A stretch of DNA of 64,000 bases from Alphaproteobacteria bacterium (GTDB lineage Bacteria; Pseudomonadota; Alphaproteobacteria; Micavibrionales; Micavibrionaceae). The notes beneath the pieces are model-generated. The model ran no database searches, was not told the DNA's origin, and saw only the letters and a list, made by a program, of their open reading frames with translations. The stretch is from positions 456,134 to 520,133 of the forward strand of contig JBOEGG010000001.1 of the NCBI GenBank assembly GCA_050633285.1, read 5' to 3'. Positions 48,600-58,738 of this stretch are shown piece after piece. The translations under genes and the position numbers were made by a program. Each line of letters opens with the position of its first letter. The stretch's first letter is position 1.

Positions 48600-49136
48600 T
48601 TATGCTGCGTTTGAGAATGGATCAAGGGGCGCTTGTAACAGGGCCGTAAAATCAAAATCCAGTTTTTCACGCCCACCGAGCTCATGTAATTCTATGATAC
48701 AGGTCGATAGCACAATTTCACCGCCGGCCTTTCGGATCAAATCCCCTGTAGCTTTCATCGTGCCGCCTGTAGCAAGAAGGTCGTCCATAATGGCAACGCG
48801 CGTACCCGCACTGATAAGGCATTCTTGGATTTCTACCGTGTCCGTTCCGTATTCTAACTCATAACTTTGCCCAAGTACTTTCCCAGGAAGTTTGCCCTTC
48901 TTACGTACCATACCAAACGGAAGACCAAGGTTTTGCGCAACAGGAACACCTGTTAGAAACCCACGGGACTCAATGCCAACAACCAAGTCAACGTTATTGT
49001 CTTTAACCAGTTGTGTCAGATCGTCGATTAATCCCTGCCATACATTAGGCTTTTTCAAAAGGGATTGTACATCATAAAAATTAATCCCTTCTTTGGGAAA
49101 GTTTGGAACAATATCAATATGTTGAAGTAAGCTCAT
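48600..49136 (-). CDS. apt: Adenine phosphoribosyltransferase
   Basis: PRTase motif IMDDLLATGGT; size and N-terminus typical of Apt. Confidence 0.9.
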   Translation of the reverse strand: MSLLQHIDIVPNFPKEGINFYDVQSLLKKPNVWQGLIDDLTQLVKDNNVDLVVGIESRGFLTGVPVAQNLGLPFGMVRKKGKLPGKVLGQSYELEYGTDTVEIQECLISAGTRVAIMDDLLATGGTMKATGDLIRKAGGEIVLSTCIIELHELGGREKLDFDFTALLQAPLDPFSNAA

Positions 49137-49231
49137 AAACGCGTCCTCGGTTTTTTGTAGTTTTTCTTTTACACATCATGGCAACACGTATAATGTGAAG
49201 CGGAATTGAAGTGAAAAGCAGTGTATCGGTA

Positions 49232-49795
49232 ATGTTCAAAAGGCGCAAACCTTTAACTCTCTGGCAGACATCTTGTGAACTATTCTGGCCATCTATGGGG
49301 TGGAAACGGGGGTTCCACTATGTGAAACACCGCTTGATCCGTTTGTCCGATTCTACACATAATATTGCACTCGGCCTTGCCATTGGTATGGGCGTTTCAT
49401 TTACACCAATATTAGGGACGCACTTTATACAGGCAGGTATTATTGCGCTTGCCCTGCGCGGCAATGTTTTCTCGGCCATGATCGGAACATTTGTTGGTAA
49501 TCCATGGACATTTCCGTTCTTTTGGTGGGGTGGGTTCTCATTGGGTGCCTTTATGTTTGAACTGTTCGGTATTACAGGTGCAGGTGTTTTGCCGGATGAC
49601 CTGACATTTCCAATTGTATGGGAAATGATTAAAACTGAGCCGATGACGCTATTTTTACCCTGGATGATGGGTGGATATTTTCTGGCGTTCGCCACAATAC
49701 CTTTTAGTTACCCTGTATATTTCTGTGTTGTAAAGGCGGCAAAAGTGGCGCGCATGAAGGCTGCTTCTGTCAGAAAGAAAAATACGCCGGAATAG
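49232..49795 (+). CDS. DUF2062-family membrane protein
   Basis: MFKRRKPLTLWQ… start typical of DUF2062 (the track used GTG 49211); three TM helices. Confidence 0.6.
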   Translation: MFKRRKPLTLWQTSCELFWPSMGWKRGFHYVKHRLIRLSDSTHNIALGLAIGMGVSFTPILGTHFIQAGIIALALRGNVFSAMIGTFVGNPWTFPFFWWGGFSLGAFMFELFGITGAGVLPDDLTFPIVWEMIKTEPMTLFLPWMMGGYFLAFATIPFSYPVYFCVVKAAKVARMKAASVRKKNTPE

Positions 49796-49806
49796 GAAAC
49801 CGAAAT

Positions 49807-50205
49807 ATGATTATTGGCATTGGAAATGATCTGGTTGATATCCGCCGAATTGAAAAAACACTCAAAACACATAAAGAACGTTTTATAACGCGCTGCTTTT
49901 CAAAAAGTGAGCAAGAGCAGCTTGCACAGCGTAAAGAAGATCAACGCGCAAGCTTTCTGGCGAAACGTTTTGCTGCGAAAGAGGCTTGTGTAAAGGCGTT
50001 AGGAAGCGGGTTTGTCGGTGATATTTACTTAAAAGATATTTCGGTAGAGCGTGATGATTTAGGAAAGCCTTCCCTAGTTTTGACAGGCGGTGCGTTAGAA
50101 CGGCTCATTGAATTATCGCCAAATAATTTAAAACCTCATTTACATTTAAGTTTGAGTGATGAGCCCCCATACGCGTCTGCATTTGTCATTTTAGAAGCCA
50201 GATGA
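49807..50205 (+). CDS. acpS: Holo-[acyl-carrier-protein] synthase
   Basis: MIIGIGNDLVDIRRIE…FAAKEA.KALG motifs. Confidence 0.9.
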   Translation: MIIGIGNDLVDIRRIEKTLKTHKERFITRCFSKSEQEQLAQRKEDQRASFLAKRFAAKEACVKALGSGFVGDIYLKDISVERDDLGKPSLVLTGGALERLIELSPNNLKPHLHLSLSDEPPYASAFVILEAR

Positions 50206-50284
50206 CTATGAGTTGTTTGTAAAGGCAGGCGACGCGGCATTCTTTGCTGGATTTTATGACTTTTTTAGGATAAACCCATTCACT

Positions 50285-51118
50285 ATGACAGAAAATAAAG
50301 AAAATATTGACGGTGATTCACAAGAGCAGGAGCAAGAAGAGCAACCTGTTTTACTTGAAAAAGGGGAAGTCAGTGAGTTTGTAAAAACTGCACTTTTGGC
50401 TATTGCGTTGGCATTGGTTATTCGCTCGGTCTTTATTGAGCCCTTTAACATTCCTTCAGGTTCGATGAAGCCGACTTTGCAAGTCGGTGATTATCTGTTT
50501 GTAAACAAACCTGCATATGGCTATAGCAGACATTCATTCCCCTTTGGCCTTGCCCCGATTGAAGGGCGTCTTTGGGAAGGTGAGCCACAGCGCGGTGACG
50601 TGATTGTCTTTTTTGTACCCAAAGAGAACCGTGATTATATTAAACGTGTAATCGGCTTGCCTGGTGATACAATTAAAATGCATCGTGGACGTTTATTCAT
50701 TAATGATACGATTGTTCCGCGTGAGTTATTGGGCCCTGTTGAGATGTTATCGGATGATCGTCAAACGCACCGCCCTGTGACGGAATATATTGAAACGCTT
50801 CCTGGTGGTATAAAGCATAGTATTTATGAAGAGAGCGACCACGAGCGGAAAGACACGACAGAATTATTTACTGTTCCTGATGGTCATTACTTTGTTATGG
50901 GTGACAATCGTGACAATTCTCAAGATAGTCGTTATACGGATCGTGTCGGTCCTGTTGCTGCCGAAAATATTATTGGTCGGGCAGATTTCTTGTTCTTTTC
51001 TACAAATGGTTATGCGCATTTGTTCGAATTTTGGAAATGGCCGTGGAGTATACGGTATGAGCGCTTATTCATGGATATTGATCCGACGCGTGATGCGGTA
51101 GAAGACAGCGCAGATTGA
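50285..51118 (+). CDS. lepB: Signal peptidase I
   Basis: GSMKPTL catalytic Ser, RVIGLPGD, GDNRDNSQDSRY boxes; start moved to MTENKENI. Confidence 0.9.
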   Translation: MTENKENIDGDSQEQEQEEQPVLLEKGEVSEFVKTALLAIALALVIRSVFIEPFNIPSGSMKPTLQVGDYLFVNKPAYGYSRHSFPFGLAPIEGRLWEGEPQRGDVIVFFVPKENRDYIKRVIGLPGDTIKMHRGRLFINDTIVPRELLGPVEMLSDDRQTHRPVTEYIETLPGGIKHSIYEESDHERKDTTELFTVPDGHYFVMGDNRDNSQDSRYTDRVGPVAAENIIGRADFLFFSTNGYAHLFEFWKWPWSIRYERLFMDIDPTRDAVEDSAD

Positions 51119-51138
51119 TTTACTGAAAGGGGCTTTTT

Positions 51139-51810
51139 ATGGTAAAGCCGTTAGAAAATCTAGAAAAACAAATTGGATATAGTTTTAAAAATCGGGATCT
51201 CCTCCGAGTCGCTTTAACACATTCTAGCACTGGCGAGAGTGAGAATTATGAGCGCCTTGAGTTTTTGGGTGATCGTGTTTTGGGGCTTGTTATTGCCTCT
51301 GTTTTATTTGAAAAATTCCCAGATGAAAAAGAAGGTGATATGGCAAAACGTCTCGCCGCTTTGGTACAGGGGCAAACACTCGCGGAATTATCTGCACGCA
51401 TATCATTGGGTGATTACATTAATTTTTCTGATGCTGAAAGAGATTCCGGCGGCGCGGAAAATGAACATATCTTGGCTGATGTGTATGAGTCTGTAATTGG
51501 CGCGATTTATCTGGATGGTGGGTTTGAGCCGTGTAGCAGGTTAATAAAAACACAATGGCAAGAGGCTCTTTACACAATGAAGAAGCCGCCGCAACATCCC
51601 AAAACTGCTATTCAAGAATGGGCACAGGGACAAGGTTTACCACTCCCTATTTATGATATTGTTGCTCAACATGGCCCTGACCATGCCCCCATATTCGAAG
51701 TGCGTTTGAGTGTAAAAGGGCATAAACCTGTACATGGGTCAGGAAAATCAAGAGCAGAAGCAGAAAAACTGGCCGCTGAAGGCTTTATGGAACACGTTAA
51801 GAAGAAATAA
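51139..51810 (+). CDS. rnc: Ribonuclease III
   Basis: ERLEFLGDRVL signature, dsRBD C-terminus. Confidence 0.95.
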   Translation: MVKPLENLEKQIGYSFKNRDLLRVALTHSSTGESENYERLEFLGDRVLGLVIASVLFEKFPDEKEGDMAKRLAALVQGQTLAELSARISLGDYINFSDAERDSGGAENEHILADVYESVIGAIYLDGGFEPCSRLIKTQWQEALYTMKKPPQHPKTAIQEWAQGQGLPLPIYDIVAQHGPDHAPIFEVRLSVKGHKPVHGSGKSRAEAEKLAAEGFMEHVKKK

Positions 51811-51822
51811 TTCAAAAAGAGT

Positions 51823-52749
51823 ATGAGAATGGATAATACAGAAATTCAGGCAGAAACACGGTGTGGATTTACCAGTGTCATTGGACTGCCAAATGCCGGA
51901 AAATCAACACTTATTAACCGTTTGGTTGGTTCGAAAGTTTCAATTGTATCGCGTAAAATACAAACAACACGAACACGTGTCTTGGGTATTGCACTGCATA
52001 AAGATACGCAGATTGTCTTAATTGACACACCGGGAATTTTTAAGCCTAAGAAAACTTTAGAAAAGGCAATGGTTACCGCTGCTCTTTCAAGTTTTGAGGA
52101 GGCTGATTATATTGTGCATCTGGTCGATGTCGCGATGAGAGATCCGGTTGAACAAAATAAAATGATATTGAAATCATTAGAGGGGCAAAAGAAAGTAATT
52201 CTTGCTCTTAATAAGATCGATAGAATTGAAAAAGAAAAACTATTAGATATCGCGCAGAGCTTTAACGAAGCATTCCCTTATTGTGCGACATTTATGATTA
52301 GTGCATTAAGTGGAAAGGGAACAGAAGGTCTTGCCGATTATTTGGCTGATGAAATGCCGGAAGGGATATGGATGTATCCCGAAGACCAAATCACAGATAT
52401 GCCAATGCGATTGATGGCGGCGGAGATTACCCGCGAAAAAATATATGACCAATTGCATCAGGAAATTCCATACTCTGTTTTTGTCGCGACTGAAAGTTGG
52501 GAAAACTTTGATAATGGTAGTGTCAAAATTTCACAAGTTGTTTACGTGCAAAAGGAAAGCCAAAAGGGAATTGTCCTCGGTAAAAGAGGCGCAAAGATTA
52601 AAAAGATCGGACAAGATGCCCGCGAAGAGCTGGAAGATATTATGGAGCGCCGTGTGCACTTAAAGCTTTTTGTTAAAGTTCAAGAGGATTGGGCTGAGCG
52701 CGTAGAAAATTACGAAATGTTTGGTTTGGATTTACCGAAAAATGTGTAA
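51823..52749 (+). CDS. era: GTPase Era
   Basis: GLPNAGKST, DTPG, NKID G-motifs; KH domain C-terminus. Confidence 0.95.
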   Translation: MRMDNTEIQAETRCGFTSVIGLPNAGKSTLINRLVGSKVSIVSRKIQTTRTRVLGIALHKDTQIVLIDTPGIFKPKKTLEKAMVTAALSSFEEADYIVHLVDVAMRDPVEQNKMILKSLEGQKKVILALNKIDRIEKEKLLDIAQSFNEAFPYCATFMISALSGKGTEGLADYLADEMPEGIWMYPEDQITDMPMRLMAAEITREKIYDQLHQEIPYSVFVATESWENFDNGSVKISQVVYVQKESQKGIVLGKRGAKIKKIGQDAREELEDIMERRVHLKLFVKVQEDWAERVENYEMFGLDLPKNV

Positions 52750-52785
52750 AGCCTAAAAACAAAAATCTCTATAAAAATTTTGCTT

Positions 52786-52794
52786 TGTGGATAA
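52786..52794. promoter_or_regulatory. Perfect DnaA box (TGTGGATAA = TTATCCACA) upstream of gcrA
   Basis: Exact 9-mer about 150 bp upstream of the gcrA start. Confidence 0.45.
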
Positions 52795-52946
52795 AGGTTT
52801 TTTTTTATACTTATCCAATGGCGAAAAAAAATGCTTCCTGTTAGATTAAGATCATCAAGTGACATTAGGAAAAACGCATTTAAAATCAGTTATTTAGACT
52901 GATCGGGTTTTCTCGTGGTATTTGCGATCTGGACGAGGAGGAATAA

Positions 52947-53459
52947 ATGAGTTGGACTGATGAACGCGTATCTTTATTAAAAAAGCTGTGGGGTGAAGGC
53001 CATACAGCGGCAGAAATTGCCAAGCAATTAGGCGGGGTTACACGTAACGCTGTGATTGGTAAGGCGCACCGTATGAAATTATCGGGGCGTGTTTCTCCTA
53101 TTCAGCAGAATAAAAAACCGGCTAATAAAAACGTTGAACGTAAGCCGGTATCTGAAAAGTTGAAAGTGGCCTCTACGTCTGAAAAGACAGTGCCTACTAA
53201 ATCAAAAGAAGCTGCACCTGCGCCTGTTAAATCAGACAAACTGTATTCTTTGATGGATCTAAAACCACGTATGTGCCGTTGGCCATGTGGTGATCCAAAG
53301 GAAGAAGAGTTTGGTTTCTGTGGTGATAATTCTATGGCAGGTCTTCCATATTGTGAAGAACATGCAAAGATGGCCTATCAGGCGGCAACACGTAATCGTA
53401 TCTTTAGTGGTAATGAGCGCGTAAAAGCAGAGCCACAGAAAAAAGCAGTAAACTCTTAA
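52947..53459 (+). CDS. gcrA: Cell-cycle regulator GcrA
   Basis: MSWTDERVSLLKKLWGEGHTAAEIAKQLGGVTRNAVIGKAHRM… GcrA N-terminal domain; conserved C-terminus. Confidence 0.9.
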   Translation: MSWTDERVSLLKKLWGEGHTAAEIAKQLGGVTRNAVIGKAHRMKLSGRVSPIQQNKKPANKNVERKPVSEKLKVASTSEKTVPTKSKEAAPAPVKSDKLYSLMDLKPRMCRWPCGDPKEEEFGFCGDNSMAGLPYCEEHAKMAYQAATRNRIFSGNERVKAEPQKKAVNS

Positions 53460-53488
53460 ATTAAGAGTATTGCTTTATAGAAAAAGAA

Positions 53489-53517
53489 AAGAGCCACGTG
53501 TATAGGCTCTTTTTTTG
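53489..53517. terminator. Bidirectional terminator between gcrA and the prepilin operon
   Basis: AGAGCC-acgtgtat-AGGCTCT followed by T7. Confidence 0.6.
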
Positions 53518-53536
53518 TGTCTTAATTTTCTTATGA

Positions 53537-54850
53537 TTATGGCGGTATCTGACAATTTGTTCCGTCTGCATCACAACACCTAATGCGCCCTAAATTTGAA
53601 AACCCGTTCATGAATTGCCCTGCAGGACAGCTTGTTCCTTGCACAGGTGTCCAGTCAACATCACGGCATAAAAGAGTATTTTCGTGAATTGCATAGGCAA
53701 CTTGTGTTGGGTTTGCACATCTCATGGCTGAAATGTCACCTGCCAATGCATCAGGATTGAGGCAGTCAACCGTCCCATCACTGCCATTTATACAATATTG
53801 TGTTCCTAATGTTGCGCCTTCTACACGTAAATTACCGGCAATATGAAGTTGATGGGTAGGAGCATCTGTGCCAACGCCTACATTCTCCAAGTTTGTGTTG
53901 TATAGCCATGTATCTGTACCTGCGGCTAAAGACTGTCTCCAAATTGGGACAAGGCCAGTGGATGCGTAGAACAGCATATCATCATAAAAATTTGCATTAT
54001 CTGCCATAGAGCGAAGTCCTTTAATATAAATGGCATCATTCGCATCGCAATTTTCAATTTCAAGCTGTATCCCTGCACCATTGACCCCGGGTGCCGGTAG
54101 GCTCGGAGGGGCGGGAGGGGGCAATACGCTCACTAAACAATTATCAACTTGCTCGCCTTGTTGGGTGTATCCGCCTCGTCCATTATCGCCATGGGATAAA
54201 AGGATATAATGAGCAGAGTCAGCTGGTGTCGTAAGGTTAATACGATTTTCATCCAGCACGCTAACAGCTCCGGTCCTGGGGTTGAACGGGTGATCTGTGT
54301 TGTGGATGTTGCTATCTGTCATATGTTCGGTAACGGCATAGGTAAAGAGTTGTCCATATCCATCTTTTTTATGTACTTCTCTATATGGTGTCGAAACAAC
54401 AGTGTCATACAGTGTTCTGAAAGGAATAACACCTTGTGTGACAACATCAATGACCCCATTCCCATCTCCGTCGCGGCTGAAACTGGGTGAGTTCTCATCA
54501 AAGCATGAGATGTTGAGTGGAACATTCGTGCAATGATCCGGGTCAAATCCACCTGCCGCAAAGGCACGGCAACGTTCTAAACCGTAATTAGCATTATTTG
54601 GCGAAAGCGTAGGATCGGCAGGACATGGATAACGTCCTTCAAGTACCCGAAACTCTCTTAAAGCAGCCTGTGTCATTTCGGCATTTTCAACAGTGGTGTC
54701 ATGTTTCACTGTAATACCATAAAGCTTTACAAATTGCGCAGCTGCGACCATAAAAACCCCGGAAATAACAAGGACTACAGCTATTTCCAACAGTGTAAAT
54801 CCATTATCTGGTGAAGATATACGATCTATTTTATTTCTAAGTTTTAACAT
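53537..54850 (-). CDS. Giant type IV prepilin-like protein (437 aa), third of three paralogues
   Basis: Leader MLKLRNKIDRISSPDNG|FTLLEIAVVLVISGVFMVAAAQF (Gly-1, Phe+1, Glu+5). Shared module motifs EGRYPCPADP, LLSHGDNGRGGYT, ENCDANDAIY. Cys-rich C-terminus ending …CQIPP. Confidence 0.75.
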   Translation of the reverse strand: MLKLRNKIDRISSPDNGFTLLEIAVVLVISGVFMVAAAQFVKLYGITVKHDTTVENAEMTQAALREFRVLEGRYPCPADPTLSPNNANYGLERCRAFAAGGFDPDHCTNVPLNISCFDENSPSFSRDGDGNGVIDVVTQGVIPFRTLYDTVVSTPYREVHKKDGYGQLFTYAVTEHMTDSNIHNTDHPFNPRTGAVSVLDENRINLTTPADSAHYILLSHGDNGRGGYTQQGEQVDNCLVSVLPPPAPPSLPAPGVNGAGIQLEIENCDANDAIYIKGLRSMADNANFYDDMLFYASTGLVPIWRQSLAAGTDTWLYNTNLENVGVGTDAPTHQLHIAGNLRVEGATLGTQYCINGSDGTVDCLNPDALAGDISAMRCANPTQVAYAIHENTLLCRDVDWTPVQGTSCPAGQFMNGFSNLGRIRCCDADGTNCQIPP

Positions 54851-54864
54851 AGTAATATCTCCTG

Positions 54865-57357
54865 CTATGGAATTTGCGGGCTACAAGAGCAATTTGTCCA
54901 TACATCAAAGTCACCGCTATCTCCGTAGTTCCAGCAATATTTTGTGGCTGAACTACCGCATGTACATTTGTGACCAACGCGCTTATTCGCGCCTCCTAGG
55001 GCGGAGCTTTCTGTTTGTGGTGCTCCGCTTGGGGCTTGCCACGCACATGGGTAACATTGTACTGATGTCTCTTCCCAATCAGCCTCCAATTCCCATGCTC
55101 CAGTTGCGCAATCCCATTCTTTTTCATAGAACACGCCCGGCCCGGCTAAGTTTTGCCCGGGGAACACATCATCACAATCTTTGTGTTCGGGTTCTGGTGG
55201 TGTGCTAGCATCACAAGAGCAAGATGGGATAGGAGCATATGGTACAGGCGGAGCGTAATATCCCGGATCGGGCAGGCCGCCACTTTGTGTTGCTGGGCAG
55301 ACCCAATCTTGCGTACTTAATGTTTGTACGCCAACCTCTGTTCCGCCCGGCCATGACCAATTATTCGTTTCGCCAAACGGACAAGATGATCTATTTACAA
55401 TTTGTGCGTTTGCGTCACATTGGCAGGCAGAGGCATCTACACTGTTTGGAATATTCCCTTGTTGCGGAACACCACCTACACAAGTAACGGGGTACACAAA
55501 ATGAACAGTCCCAGATAGGCCAGATGTTCCTGAAGTACCATTAACCTGATCATAATAGTCATTACATGTCATAGTATCGGGTGCCGTCGTTGGAACACAA
55601 CCACAGTTGGTTTCATCAACATACACATCACGCCAGTTATGACGGGTTTGCGGGCAATTATGTCTTTGGATGACAAAGGCATCACCACTTTGGCCGCTTG
55701 GGCAATTTCTTCTGTAAACACGGTAATCTTCACGACACCAGCAATCATGGTAATGATTATTATTGGATGCATCAGAGCCGGAATAGCTTGTTTCTGCACG
55801 CCAGTGGCCGCCATTGTTGGTCAGGTTTGATGTAAAGTTATTGTAATCATAGCCTTTTTCATGAACGCGATAACTGCTCCAGTTCCCGGCGTTGCATCGA
55901 TAGACATCACGAACGGTAGAACATGCTTGCACTGTGCGTGTTTCACTATTCATTGTATCGACAAACCCTTGGAACTCAGTGAGTGTTGTCATACCAACAG
56001 TATTGGATACGTAATAGCCATTATTATGATGCGTAATCGTGCGGCATTCACCAGAGAATGCGGTCTCTAATGTTCCACTTGGCGCATTATCCGTCAGTGT
56101 GTGATCGCTGCCGCCACATGTTCTTGCTAAATCTGTTGTTGCACACGGGGAGGGCGGCTCACCTGCGCAATCAATACGACCGCTTGAATCAATGGATTTA
56201 ATAGATTGACCATTCGGGCACGAGATAAATATTTCGTCTGTGCATCGGGCAGTTTTATTCTGAACGCCAGCTAAGAAATTATCTTGCCCGAGTCCACTAT
56301 CATAGCAACTGATGCCATGATTTGCTGTTGCGACTTGCTGTCTACCATTAGCCTCTACAGGCCCTAAGCTACCGGCAATAAGGGTCGGTTCAAAACAATC
56401 TGTAGCCGCAGTACCGCTACCGTTATCTTCGCAAAGATTATCAACGAAAAAATTATCTTCCGCTTTTACAAAACCGGTATCGGTTGAGGTCGGGGTAACT
56501 TTTAAAACAGATAGGGTTTCTTCTGTCGCAAGGTCGGTTGTTACACCGGCGCCAAGCGCAACACTATTTGTATTTTTCAGGTGAATATCTTCTGTTGGAT
56601 TATTCGCTGCATCGGCAATAAATTGCCATTCAGATGGCTGTACAGCACTATAGAAGAAAGTGCGGTCATCGTAATTATCTGCGATTTCTGCCGAAGTGTA
56701 GACGGTGTCTGTGTCACAATTTTCTTGCTCTTGTGTCGAGCCGTTTGTGCAGGCAAGGCCGACTACACCTGCTCTGCTCACGCCTCCTATTTTATTTGGC
56801 CCATGAGAGATAACAATAAAGTGAGCTGTGTCATCAACACCCAGAATAGAATCATTATTTAGATCGACAACTCCAATGCCACCTTGCGACATATTGAACG
56901 TGGTGGTATCCGTGAGCTCTCGTGTGACAGCATAATCAAAGCGCGATAGATAACGGTCAAAGACATCATTTTCTTGCAAATTTAGAGTTTTAAATGGGAT
57001 GTTACCGCTTAATACTTCTTTAGGTGCAATATTGCTGGCGTAGCGGCATATACCATTTGCACATGTGCCAAGTACAGGGTTGGTTGCGCAATCTTCGTGT
57101 CCGTATTCTACATCACCAGGGGCAGCAGAACTGGGAGATGGGCAGGGGTAACGACCATAAATAGAACGATATCCACCGATAGCATCTAAAACAAGGTCGA
57201 TCCGCTCTTCTGTATCTTCCCAATCTTTTTCAACTCTATATTGATGGTAGAGGGATGCAGCTGGCGCAATAACTAGCCCTATTAAAACCAGTGAAATTGC
57301 TATTTCAATAAGGGTAAATCCTGAAATATTCTTTTGTGTTTTTAAGGCACGGCGCAT
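54865..57357 (-). CDS. Giant type IV prepilin-like protein (830 aa), second of three paralogues
   Basis: Leader MRRALKTQKNISG|FTLIEIAISLVLIGLVIAPAASLY. YGRYPCPSPS, VISHGPNKIGG, ENCDTDTVY. About 45 Cys in the C-terminal 550 aa. Ends …CSPQIP. Confidence 0.75.
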   Translation of the reverse strand: MRRALKTQKNISGFTLIEIAISLVLIGLVIAPAASLYHQYRVEKDWEDTEERIDLVLDAIGGYRSIYGRYPCPSPSSAAPGDVEYGHEDCATNPVLGTCANGICRYASNIAPKEVLSGNIPFKTLNLQENDVFDRYLSRFDYAVTRELTDTTTFNMSQGGIGVVDLNNDSILGVDDTAHFIVISHGPNKIGGVSRAGVVGLACTNGSTQEQENCDTDTVYTSAEIADNYDDRTFFYSAVQPSEWQFIADAANNPTEDIHLKNTNSVALGAGVTTDLATEETLSVLKVTPTSTDTGFVKAEDNFFVDNLCEDNGSGTAATDCFEPTLIAGSLGPVEANGRQQVATANHGISCYDSGLGQDNFLAGVQNKTARCTDEIFISCPNGQSIKSIDSSGRIDCAGEPPSPCATTDLARTCGGSDHTLTDNAPSGTLETAFSGECRTITHHNNGYYVSNTVGMTTLTEFQGFVDTMNSETRTVQACSTVRDVYRCNAGNWSSYRVHEKGYDYNNFTSNLTNNGGHWRAETSYSGSDASNNNHYHDCWCREDYRVYRRNCPSGQSGDAFVIQRHNCPQTRHNWRDVYVDETNCGCVPTTAPDTMTCNDYYDQVNGTSGTSGLSGTVHFVYPVTCVGGVPQQGNIPNSVDASACQCDANAQIVNRSSCPFGETNNWSWPGGTEVGVQTLSTQDWVCPATQSGGLPDPGYYAPPVPYAPIPSCSCDASTPPEPEHKDCDDVFPGQNLAGPGVFYEKEWDCATGAWELEADWEETSVQCYPCAWQAPSGAPQTESSALGGANKRVGHKCTCGSSATKYCWNYGDSGDFDVWTNCSCSPQIP

Positions 57358-58634
57358 ATTAAATCTCCGTTTGCTTGAATTCCGGTGACGCGTTGGCCAT
57401 CGCCACAGTCAAATGTATGAATTTCGGTGGTGTCCACACGTAATTGAACATTGCCACTTATATTTTCGGGATGGCTACATTCAACACCACTGTTACGTAA
57501 GCGCATAACTGCGCGGTCTGTACCGTTTATCTGTGCACATTCCATAGAGGGCTCTGTTCCCGTTATTATTTCGGGGTCAAAGCAATCATTGGCATCAATG
57601 TCACATATCGTATCTGAAAGAACCCGCCCGTTCGTACCGGATGTGTTTTCCGTGCGGATATCTCCGTTGACGTGAATATCGAAATCCGGCTCTGTCATGT
57701 CTGGCCCTATCCCGATACGGTTTGCAAGTGTCATTACAAAGTCCTTGGATACGTATGCCGGGTTATCAGGGTGTTGAAACCATGTGTTTTCCGGAAGGGA
57801 GAGTTGCCCTAATGTAATATCATCAAAGAAAGTCGCGCCTGTCGCTTCTGAATAGGCGGAAGCTGCGGTGTTTCCTTGATCTTCATGAAGGAAAAATAAG
57901 TTATCAAAATCGCAATTCTCGTGGTCATATCCTGTTGATATACCGCCACAAGGGGCTGTCTGTGTACCGTTCTTTGTATAACCACCCAAAGCGCTTCGGC
58001 CTGTGGTGAAGATAAAGAAGTCGAAATTTGTACTACTGAGGTCGGGGACGCCGTCTTCTACTCCCAATGCTACTAAGGCGGGGTCATCGGGGGATAATAC
58101 CCTTACTTTTCCGGGGTCAGATGTGAATAGTGCGCTATCTGTTTGTTGGTGGGTTACCGCATAGATGAGCTTGTTACCCCAAAAATCTAAGGCTTCCTCT
58201 TGTGTGATATTAAGCTCAGCAAATGGAATTCCGCCAATAATAACGGCGCTGCTGTTATTCGAAGTTTTACATATCCCGCCTGCTGCTCGCCATCCGGGGT
58301 CGGAACAGAGGAGGATGCTGGCAAAATTGGCGCAATCGCCCGTATCGCCGAAATCTATATCGCCTGGTTTCTCTGTAAGATCTGTTGGGCAAGGGTAGGC
58401 GGCATTACCGCTCGCATAATATTGATTGATTGCTTCTCTTAAATTAACAAGAGAACCTTCATTCGACCGGTATGTCGTGGTTGCAATATCAAGTTTATAT
58501 GACTGAATAAGAGGAACAGTGATGAGGCCGAGTAATATTAGGCCTATAGCGACCTCAATCAAAGACAGACCCTTTTCCTCTTTTCGGAGAAGGGAGAATT
58601 TCGACTTTATATATAACGCAGTGTTTTTAAACAT
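57342..58634 (-). CDS. Giant type IV prepilin-like protein (430 aa), first of three paralogues
   Basis: Leader MFKNTALYIKSKFSLLRKEEKG|LSLIEVAIGLILLGLITVPL. NAAYPCPTDL, TTGRSALGGYT, ENCDFDNLF. Ends …ICAVP. Stop overlaps the downstream start by 16 nt. Confidence 0.75.
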   Translation of the reverse strand: MFKNTALYIKSKFSLLRKEEKGLSLIEVAIGLILLGLITVPLIQSYKLDIATTTYRSNEGSLVNLREAINQYYASGNAAYPCPTDLTEKPGDIDFGDTGDCANFASILLCSDPGWRAAGGICKTSNNSSAVIIGGIPFAELNITQEEALDFWGNKLIYAVTHQQTDSALFTSDPGKVRVLSPDDPALVALGVEDGVPDLSSTNFDFFIFTTGRSALGGYTKNGTQTAPCGGISTGYDHENCDFDNLFFLHEDQGNTAASAYSEATGATFFDDITLGQLSLPENTWFQHPDNPAYVSKDFVMTLANRIGIGPDMTEPDFDIHVNGDIRTENTSGTNGRVLSDTICDIDANDCFDPEIITGTEPSMECAQINGTDRAVMRLRNSGVECSHPENISGNVQLRVDTTEIHTFDCGDGQRVTGIQANGDLICAVP

Positions 58635-58738
58635 AATAATCCAAAATACAAAATATACCAGTTTGATATGTTAGCAGGGTTTTAGTTAAAATTTTATGAA
58701 AATTAAATACGGAGAACTTGGTAGCAATAGAAAGAGAG

